Under the pieces are notes generated by a model. It had not been told where the DNA came from, ran no database searches, and saw only the letters and a list, made by a program, of their open reading frames with translations. Made by a program: the position numbers and the translations under genes. A stretch of DNA of 64,000 nt from Camelus ferus (Eukaryota), in NCBI RefSeq assembly GCF_009834535.1, contig NC_045698.1:13828001-13892000 (forward strand), given 5' to 3'. The stretch's first letter is position 1. Each line of letters starts with the position of its first letter. Below, piece by piece: positions 48,040-60,199 of this stretch.

Positions 48040-48157
48040 CTTCGTTGTCCTTCAGAGTGAAGTTTGGGTTTATAGACAGGTGTTCATCAAGAAAGAAGTT
48101 AAACCTTGGTCCATTGGCAAAATCATCCTTATCAGTGGCACTGATGGTATGAATAAC
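48040..48157 (-). CDS. CDH18: Cadherin-18 coding exon (EC5 first half)
   Basis: Not in the ORF track; found by manual translation. Acceptor ttttttttctttag|GTT and donor GAA G|gtgaac. 118 nt, phase 0 to phase 1. Encodes VIHTISATDKDDFANGPRFNFFLDEHLSINPNFTLKDNE, with the DXD calcium motif and an NFT glycosylation sequon. Confidence 0.96.
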
Positions 48158-49732
48158 CTAAAGAAAAAAAAAACAAAATTAAATAGTAAATTTGGCCTAT
48201 TTCCCTGATTTTAATTATATTATAACATTTTCAGTATCCACCTTGAGTCTTTTCAAAGTCCTAATCTAGTAAAAGTACCAATTAATTTGCTCTCCCTTGC
48301 ATTAGATTTTAAGAAAACTATATTACGACGCATCTTACAATCATTCACACTTTATTTTCTAGCATGGTAGAAATTTAATTTTTTTTTTCCTTTATCACTC
48401 ACAAGACCTTGGGGCCAATAAGTCATAAGATTTTGTATGAACACCTGTTTGGGGAGACATGAAATATTATTCGTAAAAATACAAATACAAATATCCCAGT
48501 GTTGATGTAGCCTAGCCTTTCGGTACGTGTTGGTCTCAGTCAGTAAATGCAATAGCAGCAGAGTTATAATTTCTGTTTCAGGAGATCATGATCCAGCCCC
48601 CATATGTTAGAAATGAGGACGCTGGGTCCCCAAAGGAGTGTGACGTGCCTCAAAGCTCTAGAACAGTGGCAGAAGCAAAACCAGACTGCTCAGAGCTTCA
48701 TGGAATATTTTTCATTGCTAGTGGCTGAGCAAATAAAAATATCAAAATTTGGACTTTATGCACATTAAGGATCAGAGAAAGCTAGACTATATAAACAAAA
48801 TAGCCTAAGAGCAGCACACAAATTCTAACAGTTACAGCCATTGCAATCTTAAACAATAAATATGGAAACCAATAAGCAAGATAATAATTTCCTTTAAAAA
48901 ATTAATAACAATGCTTAGGTGTCCTCTTCTCAGTCTTCCCTTAGAGAAACTGAAAACAGGAGAAAAAAGAGCCATAAAAATCGTATTTCCGGCATATGAA
49001 ATATCACTATGCCCATTTCAAAAACTGACATGATTTCTAAGAACATTTACTCAATTTCACCCCATTTCATTATTTTACAAGGGAAACAGTTGGTCAAAAG
49101 GTATCATAGTTAATAGGTAAATTTCTCTTCATGTACCGAGCCCATTAGCTTGTGAGGCAGGTGAGGAGGAAAACAAAGTACTGAGAATGAGTGATGGGGG
49201 GAGTAGGACGAGAAAAGCATGTGTTTTCATGAAGTGAAAGCAAAGAAAATGCTTCAGGATACAGAAGTGATCAATTTCCTCCGAAAACTCCTCCCATGGC
49301 TCCTTCCTTATATCTTTTCCCATCGTGGCTCAGAATTTAATTCTCCCCCAGAGATCCTGGGTAAAGCCCCGCCCTCCACATATTCCAAGGCACTTCTGTC
49401 ATTCTTCTCTTCATTATTCCTTCCATGTGATTTATTTATGAAATAAACATTTACATATTTGCTGATTGTTTGGTTTCTTTTTTGTTTAAAGTACAACTTA
49501 TCTCTGGATAGATTTTTTTTTTTTCTCTCTTTACTGACTTTTGAGTATAAACAGATGGATGATCAGAAGCGATCTTGATGATTTTTCTCAAGTTCAGGAA
49601 AAGCTCCATGGAGAACAGGGTGCACAAAATCTGAAGAATATAACTACATTTTCCACACATTATTTACTTTATATAAAATTGAAATAAATGTCAAATTTTC
49701 AAAGTTGTTTTCAGGGTTAGATAAAACAAATA

Positions 49733-50262
49733 CAGTCAGCCCTCTGTTTCCATGGTTCTGAATCGGTGGAGTCAACCACTGTGGACCAAAAATAATAACA
49801 AAAAAAAAAATCAGAAAGTTCCAAAAGCAAAACGTGAATTTGCTATCTGCTGGCAACTATTTACATGACAATTGCATTGTCTCTACAACTATTTACATAG
49901 CATTTATATTGTATTAGGTATTGTAAGTAATTACAAGAGATGATTTAAAGTGTATGAGGGTAGGGGGGATACCTCAAGAGGCAGAGTGAATGCTTAGCAC
50001 ACACAAGGTCCTGGGTTAGAGCCCCAGTACCCCCTCCAAAAATAAGTAAACCTAATTATCTCCCTCCTAGAAGATAAAAACAACAACAACAAAAAATAAA
50101 TACATATATATATATATATGAGAGGATGTGTCTACGTTACGAGCAAATGTTACATCATTTTATATAAGGATTTGAGCATTTGTGAATTTTGATATGCCTG
50201 GGGGAGAGGGTAGGAGGGAGGAATTCTAGAACCAATTTCTCACAGATACCGAGGGATGGCTG
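49733..50262. mobile_element. Tigger3/MER7 (Golem)-like non-autonomous DNA transposon
   Basis: TA|CAGTCAGCCCTC...GAGGGATGGCTG|TA inverted termini. Internal aactatttacatagcattta...gtattaggtatt...gagatgatttaaag. Confidence 0.85.
49959..50105 (+). mobile_element. Second Vic-1-like tRNA-derived SINE, nested in the Tigger3-like element
   Basis: gggggatacctcaagaggcagagtgaatgcttagcacacacaaggtcctgggtt...cccagtacc...aaataagtaaacctaattatc. Duplicated flank tatgag on both sides, at a tt/aaag site. Confidence 0.8.
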
Positions 50263-52977
50263 TATAAATTTTTCTTTTGGGTAAATGTCCTCTCACTCCT
50301 ACTGTTCATTCGTTGTGATTCTCCAATTTGCAGTCCTATTTTCTCAATGATACATCATAACATATAGACAAGTGTAAGTTCACTTCTCAGCCTAGAATGC
50401 AGTTTTGAAGGGGACTGGTAAAGAATAATTAATGTAAATAAACTGAACTATTTTGTGTTTTCTGTTATTACTTCTTTGGGACAATTTTTTTTCTCACTTC
50501 AAAGTTAATTTATGTTATTTTAAATTTTCTTAACATTTTTACAACATGAGCTTATTCAATTTAAGCACTGATAGAATTCATATTATATTCTGTTTACTAT
50601 TTATTTTTTGTTCTCCCTAAAGATATAAATACCCCTTCCATTTTTATACAGATCATTTCAAATCTGAATTCACCAGGAAGCTCACTCATGGCAAATTTGT
50701 CTTTCTCAGAAACAATTCTCAGTATTGTCTACAAAGTCAGTGATAAGTTGATTATCACATTGTGTTGAAGAGTGAACCATTCACCTTGAACATCTGTAGA
50801 AATGTTGGACATGCATCTGTACTTAGATATTTTTCCATAGTATTTCTGAGAGATGCTTCCAGAAACCTAGCATGTTGGCCTTTTTGTTTTTGTGTTTTAA
50901 ATCTAGAATTCCTAGATATTCTCTTAAAAAGAGGGTATATTCAATTTCTTTCTTAGTTGTTTTACTAATAACCTTTTCTCTTTCATTAGGAAATGGGATT
51001 TCCACTTAATGTTTCTTCAGACTTTTATTAGAAGACATTCCTGAGAAGTTAACATGATTATGGATTTTAGGAGACTTAAGCTTCTGGGAGATATCTAGAT
51101 AACCACCATGTCTCCATCATCAATACTGTCTGCCTTTTTTCTCAGGCTTACCAATGCATCTACACTCTGCTACATGTGTTCTCTGTGCAACTGGTTGGTG
51201 GAGTACAATCCATAAAAATTTATTTTCTGACTTTCATTCCTTCTAACTGAACTCAGATGTTTTCTATCATTTGCACATAATGTAATTAGTGCATAAAGTG
51301 ATTGTTTTCAAAGATTTCAGAGAAACATAGTCATAGATTTATTTTAACAAAGGGAGAAAAATAATTCAAATTGATTGGTGGTATTCATAAACAATTACTA
51401 GCAGAATTTTTTGATAAGGCCCATGACTATGGATTCACTCTTGGTAGAAACTAATTAAAACCAGTTTTATATTTCTTTTATTAAATAAAATTATTCCCTT
51501 GTTTAAGTGTGTTCAAAGCACATTTAAAGTCTATTATTTCTAGAACAATTTATTAGGAAAAAAAATAGTGTCAGAAATTTATACAAATAACATAGTCTTC
51601 TATTTGATAAATGAGTTAACCTTAACTAAAATTTAAATTAAAAATGAAATTCTATGAAATTGTATCTTTATATAATGCATCTTCTTTATATTAATTGTTT
51701 GCTCTATAATATAACTTCAAATGATCATTTATTTGATAAAAATACCAACTTTTGTTAGTTAGTTGAGGTTAACTTTGACAAGATGTGAAATCTCTACTGA
51801 TCTAGTTAACCTTCTTCACACAAAGTTTTATTGTTAATAATTGGATGTCATGGGAGCAGAGGCTGGTGTTATGTAATAAAATGTTTTCTTTTATATGTTA
51901 TGTTTTCTGACTTTACTTCTAACAAGAAAAAATAGAGGGAAATTTAATATCAATAAGATAGAAAGCATTCGCTTTATTTTTTCCCCCCAAAGTTTCTAGG
52001 TATAGGCATGTCTCAGCTGCTTTGGATTCATTCTATTTTGGGGACTGATTTCAAATTTCATGTATGCATGACTTTCTTTTTCTTCTTTTTTTTTTCATAC
52101 AAGGTACTTAAAAATTTTTTTTTTCAGAACAGGAAAACAGATTATCTCAGAGAAATATATTGTTGAAGTTTATATTGATAGCTGAATCAATCTAAACTCT
52201 GCTGTTCTATGTGTTTTGAACCTCTGCTTTCAGAAAAGACCAGTCTCTTTTCCATAGCCACATGCTGTTATATTCAAATGCACAACATCCGTAATGGAAA
52301 TGTCTGTAATTCTAAAAGCAATTGTCATAGAAAGAGGAACTGTCGCAATACAAATACACTTCAGAAAACCTATTTCACAAATTATTGTTTAGTTTCCTAC
52401 TCCAACTCTGCATCAAAATACAGTTTCTCCAGAAATGCTACAACCATATGTATAAATGAGCCAAAGACTGCAAAATTAAATAATAGAAAGATTCAGACCG
52501 TTTTCATCTGTAATGGGTTAACTGCATAGTTGATCACACAAATTGGCAATGATTTGTTTAAATACAGGTGTAATAAACAATACTTTAAAAACGAAGCTTT
52601 ATTCTCTCAATGAAAGGTCTAAATTCATTTTGGTGAAAGAGTTGGAAACAAGGGCTCAAACAACATAAAGAATCCAATTATAGTGACATCTAAAATCATA
52701 CAATATTGACGACAGCAATGATGCTAAATGTGAGCATAGTTTTTAAAGAGTAAAGAGAAGTAATCACATAACTTAATCAAAATATGTTAGAACTTCAGGG
52801 TAACTCTAGCTTCTTGAAAAGAGTAACAGAAAAGATAAATACTGTATCAATGGTTAATGGGACTCAAAAGAAAGAAACACTTTGACACAGATTTAGTCCT
52901 CTATAAAAACTGGAGTAACTTTTCGTGTGAGAATAAAGCAAACCACATTTAAAGCAATTTGAGACTTATCAAGACAT

Positions 52978-53090
52978 ACAGTCGTAGAATCTCAGGCTTG
53001 GAAGGGCCCTGGAATTCTAACAATTTTCTTCATTTTAGAGATGAAGAGAGCACTTGCCAAGGTCACATAAAATCATTTCTTAGAAAGGCT
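52978..53090 (-). mobile_element. MIR-family SINE fragment
   Basis: tagaatctcaggcttggaagggccctgga...cttcattttagagatgaaga...acttgccaaggtcaca. Confidence 0.6.
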
Positions 53091-53659
53091 ACAGAGTTTA
53101 AGTGGCTAGTGTAGAGGCTAAATACAGGCGGACCCAGGCTAGCTATGTGACACTGAAAGAAGAGCATGGCCTGGTGAGAATGCCTGGATCCACTTTCCCA
53201 CGAGCAAAAAAGTGGACCACAGGAGAAGTCAAGGGAAAAAGCCAAGGTCACAGGCCAATACAGAGTTCAACCCAGAAAACTGAGACTAGAACTTTCCACT
53301 TTTGGAGCAGATGTTCACTCACAGGAGAAGCATCAACTGATCCAAGAGTATTATTTGCCCAGAAATTTGGTGATTTCACCTACATCTACAAAGATGGCTA
53401 TGAACCAGCGAGTGTGAGTTGCTCCTAGTACAAGATCACACTTTATCCTTGAAGTTTTGAAATTACCTTGAAGTAAAAATTATCAGTTGATTAAATCTGA
53501 CACTTTTTTTTAAAGAAATAATCTAAAAGGAAAATAACTAAAAATGGCTGATCATTTTTTATTCTGTCATATTTCAAATGATCTCAGTTTGAATTCTGTG
53601 AATAACCTAAGAACCAAAGAAACACAGATTCAGTGAGGGAAAAGACCTAATTTTACTAA

Positions 53660-56600
53660 AGTTTGTTATTTATAGATCAGGTAACTGCTACCTAAGAAAA
53701 GCAATATTTATTTCTATACGTTTTATTTTCTTAGTGTAACATTAAATGGCATAGTGTTTAACTTTCATTTTCTAATTGCTCATGATATAAAGAAAAATAA
53801 GAAATATATTTATATTGATCTTATATTTAACACAAGTGTCAATTTCATTCATAAATTTTACTAGTGTATAGCATTACCATTGTTATTATTAATGTTATTA
53901 GCTGTAGTAATAAATGTTTAACTTTATCAAAAGCTTTGGGTTCACCTATCAAAACGAATTTAAAATTTTTCCCCTTTTCATTTAAAAATATTATTTTTTC
54001 TGGATTCTCTTTAACAATGTTTTATTTATGATATTCTATGTTCACGAAAGAGAATACCTGTAATTTAAATTATACCCTTCTCAGGTTTTGATTTCAAAGT
54101 TTTTGTGGTCAGCAAAAGTTGAATTAAAAATGTATTGCTCCTTTTTTTCCTTTTTGAAAAAAGTATATATTATTATCATTCCATTTAAATATTTTCAATT
54201 CTTCTTACTTTATTGACTCCTGGCTTATTTAGAAGTGTCTTCCTTCATTACTGACTGATTGTTTTCCTAGCAATATTTTTGAATTGATATCTACCTTTAT
54301 TCAATCCTTGCAAAGTATTAAAACTTGTTTTTTAATCCTATATACAGTAAATGTTTTGTGTGAATTTTGAAAGAATGCATAATCTAAAGTTGTTCGATGC
54401 AAAGCCCTGTATTTGTTAAACAGTGAAGCTTTTGCAGTGTTCAACTTTTAGTTCCCTTACTGCAATTTTACGTGATTATTCTATCAGTTTCTGGCAAGAG
54501 TACAGTAAAACTCTCAGGACGATAATGGGCTTGTCTATTTATTTATATATATTTTTTGTATTTCTATCAATTTTGGCTTTGCTCATTTTGAGGAAATGTT
54601 GATAAGTATATAAAAATTTAACATTGTTATTTCTGCCCGCTGCACTGACTATTATCACAATGCTTGTGACTCTTTATATCCAGTAATGTTTCCTTTGATA
54701 ATAAAATGTGTGGGTGTGCGTGTGTAGCTGGGTGAGCATGTACGTAGCAATTACTCAAGTAATTGATGTATTTTCCATACTTTTTCTTTCAAGCTTTTTT
54801 CTTTATTATATTTATTATGCATCTCTTATAAAAACATTCAATTAACTTTTTTCCTATTTTGACAATAGAATTTTTAAGTATTTTTGTGATTTTTAACATA
54901 AATACTAATATATATTTCTTTAAGTTTACATTGCTTTTCTTTGCTTTTTTATTTTTCCACTTGTTCTACATGTATTTTCTTATTTCTTAATTTAAAAAAA
55001 AATTACCATAGCTACCTAGCTATTAGAGTTTTGTGTACTAAACCCATTCTCTTTTATTTTGCTTATCTTGTGTTAAAAGACAAAACTATATCTCAACAGA
55101 AAGTATGAAAATTTATCATTCTGACTTTGAGCTATAAAAATTTCACAGAAATGTTTGGGTTATCTTGGAAGTATTGAATTGGATACAAACTTTATATTTT
55201 ATTAGGATTGTATCTTAGTTTTGAAATATGACCTAGACCCCTTGACAATAAAAATCTTTTATAAAAGTCTTTTTCCCTGTTTTGTATTTTTAAATATAAC
55301 AGAGCAAGATAAAATCACATGCAACAATTTTGTAAGTGTGTGAATTATTTTAAAGTAAACAAATGTTTTAATAAACACAATTAAGGTAAAGAAATAAAAT
55401 GTATAAACATCACTTTTTTTAGAAGCATTTTTAATTCCATGGTCTTTTACTATTTTTATTACTTAAACTAAAAATTAGAGCATTCATTCTTGACACATAA
55501 AATCTATTATAAATTAGTAGTTAATCAATTATCCCAAATTTAAGGGGTTTAGAATATTTTGTCTCTTCCCTTCCTTCTGATCTCTCATTACCATGTATAC
55601 TATGTGTATTTTAAACTCCAGAAAATATTTCTTTATTTTACATTCATTCATCAATAATTTAGTTTTAAAAATATATTCAATGATTGCTTTGGTCTTTAAG
55701 GATTCTTGCCACTCCAAGCTGTCAATTTGATTATTTTTCTCCTCACCCCCCCACAAAAAGCTTTAGTGTATGTATTATGGTAAGGAATTTTCACATTTTT
55801 GCTTGCCTAAATATGAGGGGGGGTTTTGTCTTTATTTTTGAGGAATAGTTTTGGTCGAAAAAGAATTCATGCTTGTCAACTATTCTCTTCTGGCTCTTGA
55901 GATTTACTTTTCCATTTTTTTGCTTTCATTCTTCCTTATTAAAGAAAATCACCTTTTGAAATTGTTCTTTTAAAGATATTATATCTTTCAAAAATGTCAA
56001 TTTGTTTTTACTTTTAAACTATTTTTATAATTATAGATTCATATGCAGTTGTCAGAAATACAGAAAGATGCTGTGTACCCTTATCCAGTTTCCCCACTGA
56101 TAGTGTCTCGCAAAACTATGTACAATGTCCCATCTAGGATGCTTGACATTGATGTAGTCAAGATTCAGAATATTTCCATCACCATTAGTGTGCTCAGTGC
56201 TGCCTTTTATATCTATATGTACTTCCCTGTCACCTTTATTCTCTTCTTAACCTCTGACACCATACATTATGAAAATTTTAGGTATTCTTTTTTTTTTTCC
56301 CATTCAGCAAAATTCTCTAGAGTTTCATCCAGATTTATGCATGTATCAATACTCTATTCCTTTTCATTGCTGAATAGTATTCTATGGCCTGAATTCACTG
56401 TAGTTTATTTAACCATTCATCCATTGAAAGACATCTGGATTGTTTCCAGTTTGAGTCAATTGTGAATGAACCCGATAGAAGCATTTGTGTGAAGTGTTTG
56501 GTGTAAACGTAAACCTTCATATCTCTTGGAGAAATGCCCCAAAGTTCTATTTCTGGACTCTATGGTAATTGGATGTTTAGCTTTTAAGAAATTACAAAAA

Positions 56601-57600
56601 TGTATCCAAAAATAGCTGTTCCATTCTACACGTCCACCAAAAATGCATCAATGATCCAATTTCTCTGTATCTCCCCAGGATACTGTGTCATTTAAAAAAA
56701 AAAAAAAGAATGTCCTATTTGATAGGTATGCAGTGATAGCTCACTATAGTTTTAATTTTAATTTCCCTAATCACTTGTGATGTTGTACATCTATAACATG
56801 CTTGTTTTCTATTTGTAAATCCTCTAGTGAAATGTCTGCTCATGTCTTTTGTCCATTTTAAAACTGTATTTCTTTCTGTTGAGCTTTGAGTATTCTTTTT
56901 ATATTGTACATACTAATCATTTATTGGATAAAAGGTCTGCAAATTTCTTTTTCCACTCTGTGGTTTTTCTTCTCATCCTCTTAATGGGGCCTTTCAGAAA
57001 CCAAAAATGTTTATTTTTGATCAAATCTAATTTATCAACTTTTTTTCTTTTATGGATTATGATTTTGGTGTCATCTAAGAACTCTGCTTGGCACTACATC
57101 CAAGTTTTGTTTTGTTTTCTCCCCTAACAGTGTTACGTCTTTTTACTCTGATGTTTTAATTCTGTGATTTCATTTCTGAAATTTTATTGTAATTCATCTA
57201 GGTAGAGTTATTCTTGTAAACAACTGCTTAGTTTTTTGTTTTTTGTTTTTCTCTATGTTTTTTGAATTTTTGACTTGATGCTTGCCAACAGTATGGAGAA
57301 ACTTTCAGTCATGATCTTCTCAGATATTACTTCTGCCCAATTCTATTTTTTTAATATCCATCTGAGAATTGAATAACTTGTGTATTAGACCTACAAGTTC
57401 CATATGTCTTTCATATTCTTATTTGTACTTTCTACCTTTTTGACTTTCCATGCTTTAATATGGATATTTTAATCTAACCTGTTTTCCAGTTCACTATTTT
57501 CTCTTCAGCTATGTCTACTTTGATGTTATCACCAAAATTTGATATTCCATATTAATAAGTTGTATTTTTTAAAATCTAAATTTTCCATTTGAATGTTTAA
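53660..57600 (-). mobile_element. Cluster of old L1 fragments, including an L1MD/L1MC-like 3' end at about 56010-57130
   Basis: tatagattcatatgcagttgtcagaaata...ttgacattgat...ccattcatccattgaaagacatctggattgtttccagttt...aaatgtctgctcatgtcttttgtccatttt. Confidence 0.75.
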
Positions 57601-58182
57601 CATTTTTCTTATTAATTAAACTTATGTAATATATGTTAAAAACTAATGCTAAGATGTGTGGGTCCACTTCTAACACAATTGAAGTAGGATTTGGTAAGTA
57701 AATCATTATGTATCTGTAGCATAAAATTCTTTACTGTTTTTGAAATGATGGTATAAAAAGAATGTTTAAGTAGCTAATGTGATACTCATAATATACTGTT
57801 AAGAGAATAAAACATATAACCTATAAGTACTTTCAAATATAATTTTCAGTAATTTTGTCCTCATTCATATTTTCTAATTTTCTTGAGAGATACGAGCATG
57901 AGAAAACTTTATGTCAAGAGTTATCCATTTCTATATATGTAAATACCTTCCCTGGGGTTATTAAAACCATATTAAGCAATGATTACTTTAGCAAGCCACT
58001 ATAGCTTGTACTTCATACACAAATAACCAGGGCAACGTTTCTCATGGCTCTAATTTAATCACAAGCTTCATAATGATTTAAAATAATTGTGGATGATACA
58101 TTTATTCTGGTTTACCACAGATGGTAAAAGGAACTATCTGACTCAGCTGAACCTAGACCCTTTTGACTTTTCTTGATTCATT

Positions 58183-58720
58183 TGTAACAGACAGACTTTA
58201 AGGTGTCCACAACTGAATGCATGCCTCCATGTAATTCTTTCTCCTTAAGTCTGGGTGTGACTTCTGTCCTGACCAATGGAACACGGCAAGAGTGTTGATG
58301 TATCACACTGATTACATTACATTATATGAGACTGTCAGAGACTCAACAAAGAGACTCTCCTTACTTGTTTGATGAAGTAAGTGGCCATACTGGGGAAGCC
58401 CATATGACTAAAAAAAAAAAAAAAAAAAAACAAAACACTGCAGGTGGCATCTCAGAACTCTGGGGAACTCTGAAGAACCAAGGGACATCCTGAAGCTCTC
58501 ACATCTGCAGCTGGAACTACCTGATTGCCACCAACAACCACGTGAGTTTGGAAGAGACCAGGTAAGAATACAGTTTGATTACAACCTGTGAGATTCCTGC
58601 AAAGACCTATCTAGGCCAGGAGGAGAATTCTGACCTACAGAAACTATGAGATGATAAAAATGTATTGTTCTAAGCTTCCAAGTTTGTGTAATTTGTTACA
58701 CAGCAGAGAGGACAAACACA
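58183..58720 (+). mobile_element. MLT1E-like ERVL-MaLR solo LTR
   Basis: TGTAACAGACAGAC...tttgatgaagtaagtggccat...caacaaccacgtgagtttggaag...tctgacctacagaaactatgagatgataaaaatgtattgttctaagc...aatttgttacacagca...ACA. Confidence 0.85.
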
Positions 58721-58729
58721 TGTCCCCTC

Positions 58730-59115
58730 CAGTATTGCACTTGCTTTATGGGCATCAGCAACTGGCCTTTCTTCAGAATTGTCTCACTCCTTTAACTGGC
58801 TGCCGTGCAATGTCCAGACTCATGTCCTAAGTTTCAGGCTCTTCTCTCCGTCCTTCACTCTCTTGATCTCCTTAAAACATACACACTCTTCATGTTGTTA
58901 AAACTTAAGCATCTTGTGTTACCAATAGCATTCAATGGTCACTGTATATCACTCCCTCATTCCCTCCAAAATAAACCAGGCCAGTCTCACCTCCCCAGAC
59001 TAGTCTCTAAACTTCACTAGGACAGGGAAGTTCACTGTTTCCTCCTCATTTAACACAGGGCTGTACTCAAAACATTCAATATAGTATTACTGGTATAATA
59101 TGCATGCATGAATGG
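58730..59115 (+). mobile_element. L2 3' fragment
   Basis: ctccccagactagtctctaaacttcactaggacaggga...acattcaatatagtattact...tgcatgaatg. Confidence 0.55.
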
Positions 59116-59332
59116 GTACATTTTTTAAATTACATTTGGGATCCAGGGAAATTTTATTTTCTATGATTCTCAGAAACAATCTATTTAGTACTTAAAATAG
59201 AGCTTTATAAAATTATTTTGACTGAGCATAAAAATAACACGGGGATTTCTGGGGATTATACCTAAGAATATTAGCAATAGAGCTGCTTGTTTCTCTGCCA
59301 TTCAAATGACAGGAAAGAAACAATTAACTTAC

Positions 59333-59454
59333 CTGGCCAGGCTTAGAATTTTCACAGACAACAATATCATATTCCCTGGCAAGTTCGGGTGGATTGTCAT
59401 TGACATCCAGAACTCTAATACCCACTGTGACATGGCTCAGCAAACCGGGATTGT
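59333..59454 (-). CDS. CDH18: Cadherin-18 coding exon (EC4/EC5 junction)
   Basis: Not in the ORF track; found by manual translation. Acceptor tgtgttttgcag|AC AAT and donor GGC CAG|gtaagt. 122 nt, phase 1 to phase 0. Encodes NPGLLSHVTVGIRVLDVNDNPPELAREYDIVVCENSKPGQ, with the DXNDNXP cadherin calcium-binding motif. Further upstream exons lie outside the window. Confidence 0.96.
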
Positions 59455-60199
59455 CTGCAAAACACATAGGGATGTATTTAGTATTTCCATGCACACTTCA
59501 GCGGCTTGGTTTAAAACCCATCTCCTTAATACTGTAGCTTGTCACCAGCCTCGTGTGCTGCAGCAGGACTTTTGGCAAAAGACAACTTTATAAAGGCACT
59601 CTTTGTTAGAACTCATTAACTTAGATAAAAATGAAAAATGAACACCAAGGCATGACATGAATGCTAAAATGATATTTAGTCATATCAAGGAAATTACATG
59701 TTATTCAGGAACTGGAGTGGGAGAAAGTTGTCAGAACTCATCGGATGCTGTCAGAGTCTAAGGGATGAACAATTGGTTTCATCATTAATCTAACAAGAGC
59801 ACAGTAGTTGGTTAAAAAAAAATCACATAATGTTTAAAAAGTTCAAGGTTTTAAATCTAAATAAACTTGCAGAAAACAGAAAGTAAAGTTCTTTACACAA
59901 GGATCTTTTTCTTCTTATAGGAGAATATATGCAGTGTATGGTATCAAGTCATACATGGGGAAAAATAAAGATAATTTAAATGAGAACTTAGCATGGAATT
60001 CATATATAACCGGTAAATTTCAAAATATTACAGCTAATACTTTACAACATGTCTTAAGTGCAGTCTCCCATTTTTCTGTAAGTTTATTAATTTTGAGATA
60101 AAAGGAAAAGAGAAATGTTTGGTTTATTTTATATGTCAAAGCTAATAATGCAGAATTCATAAAGGAAAAATTAAATTTATTTTTATTGCTGATATTTCT

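Noticed and set aside
56043..57127. 140-aa and 92-aa hydrophobic ORFs
   Set aside because: Antisense L1 sequence, which typically translates as Phe/Leu/Ile-rich pseudo-ORFs.
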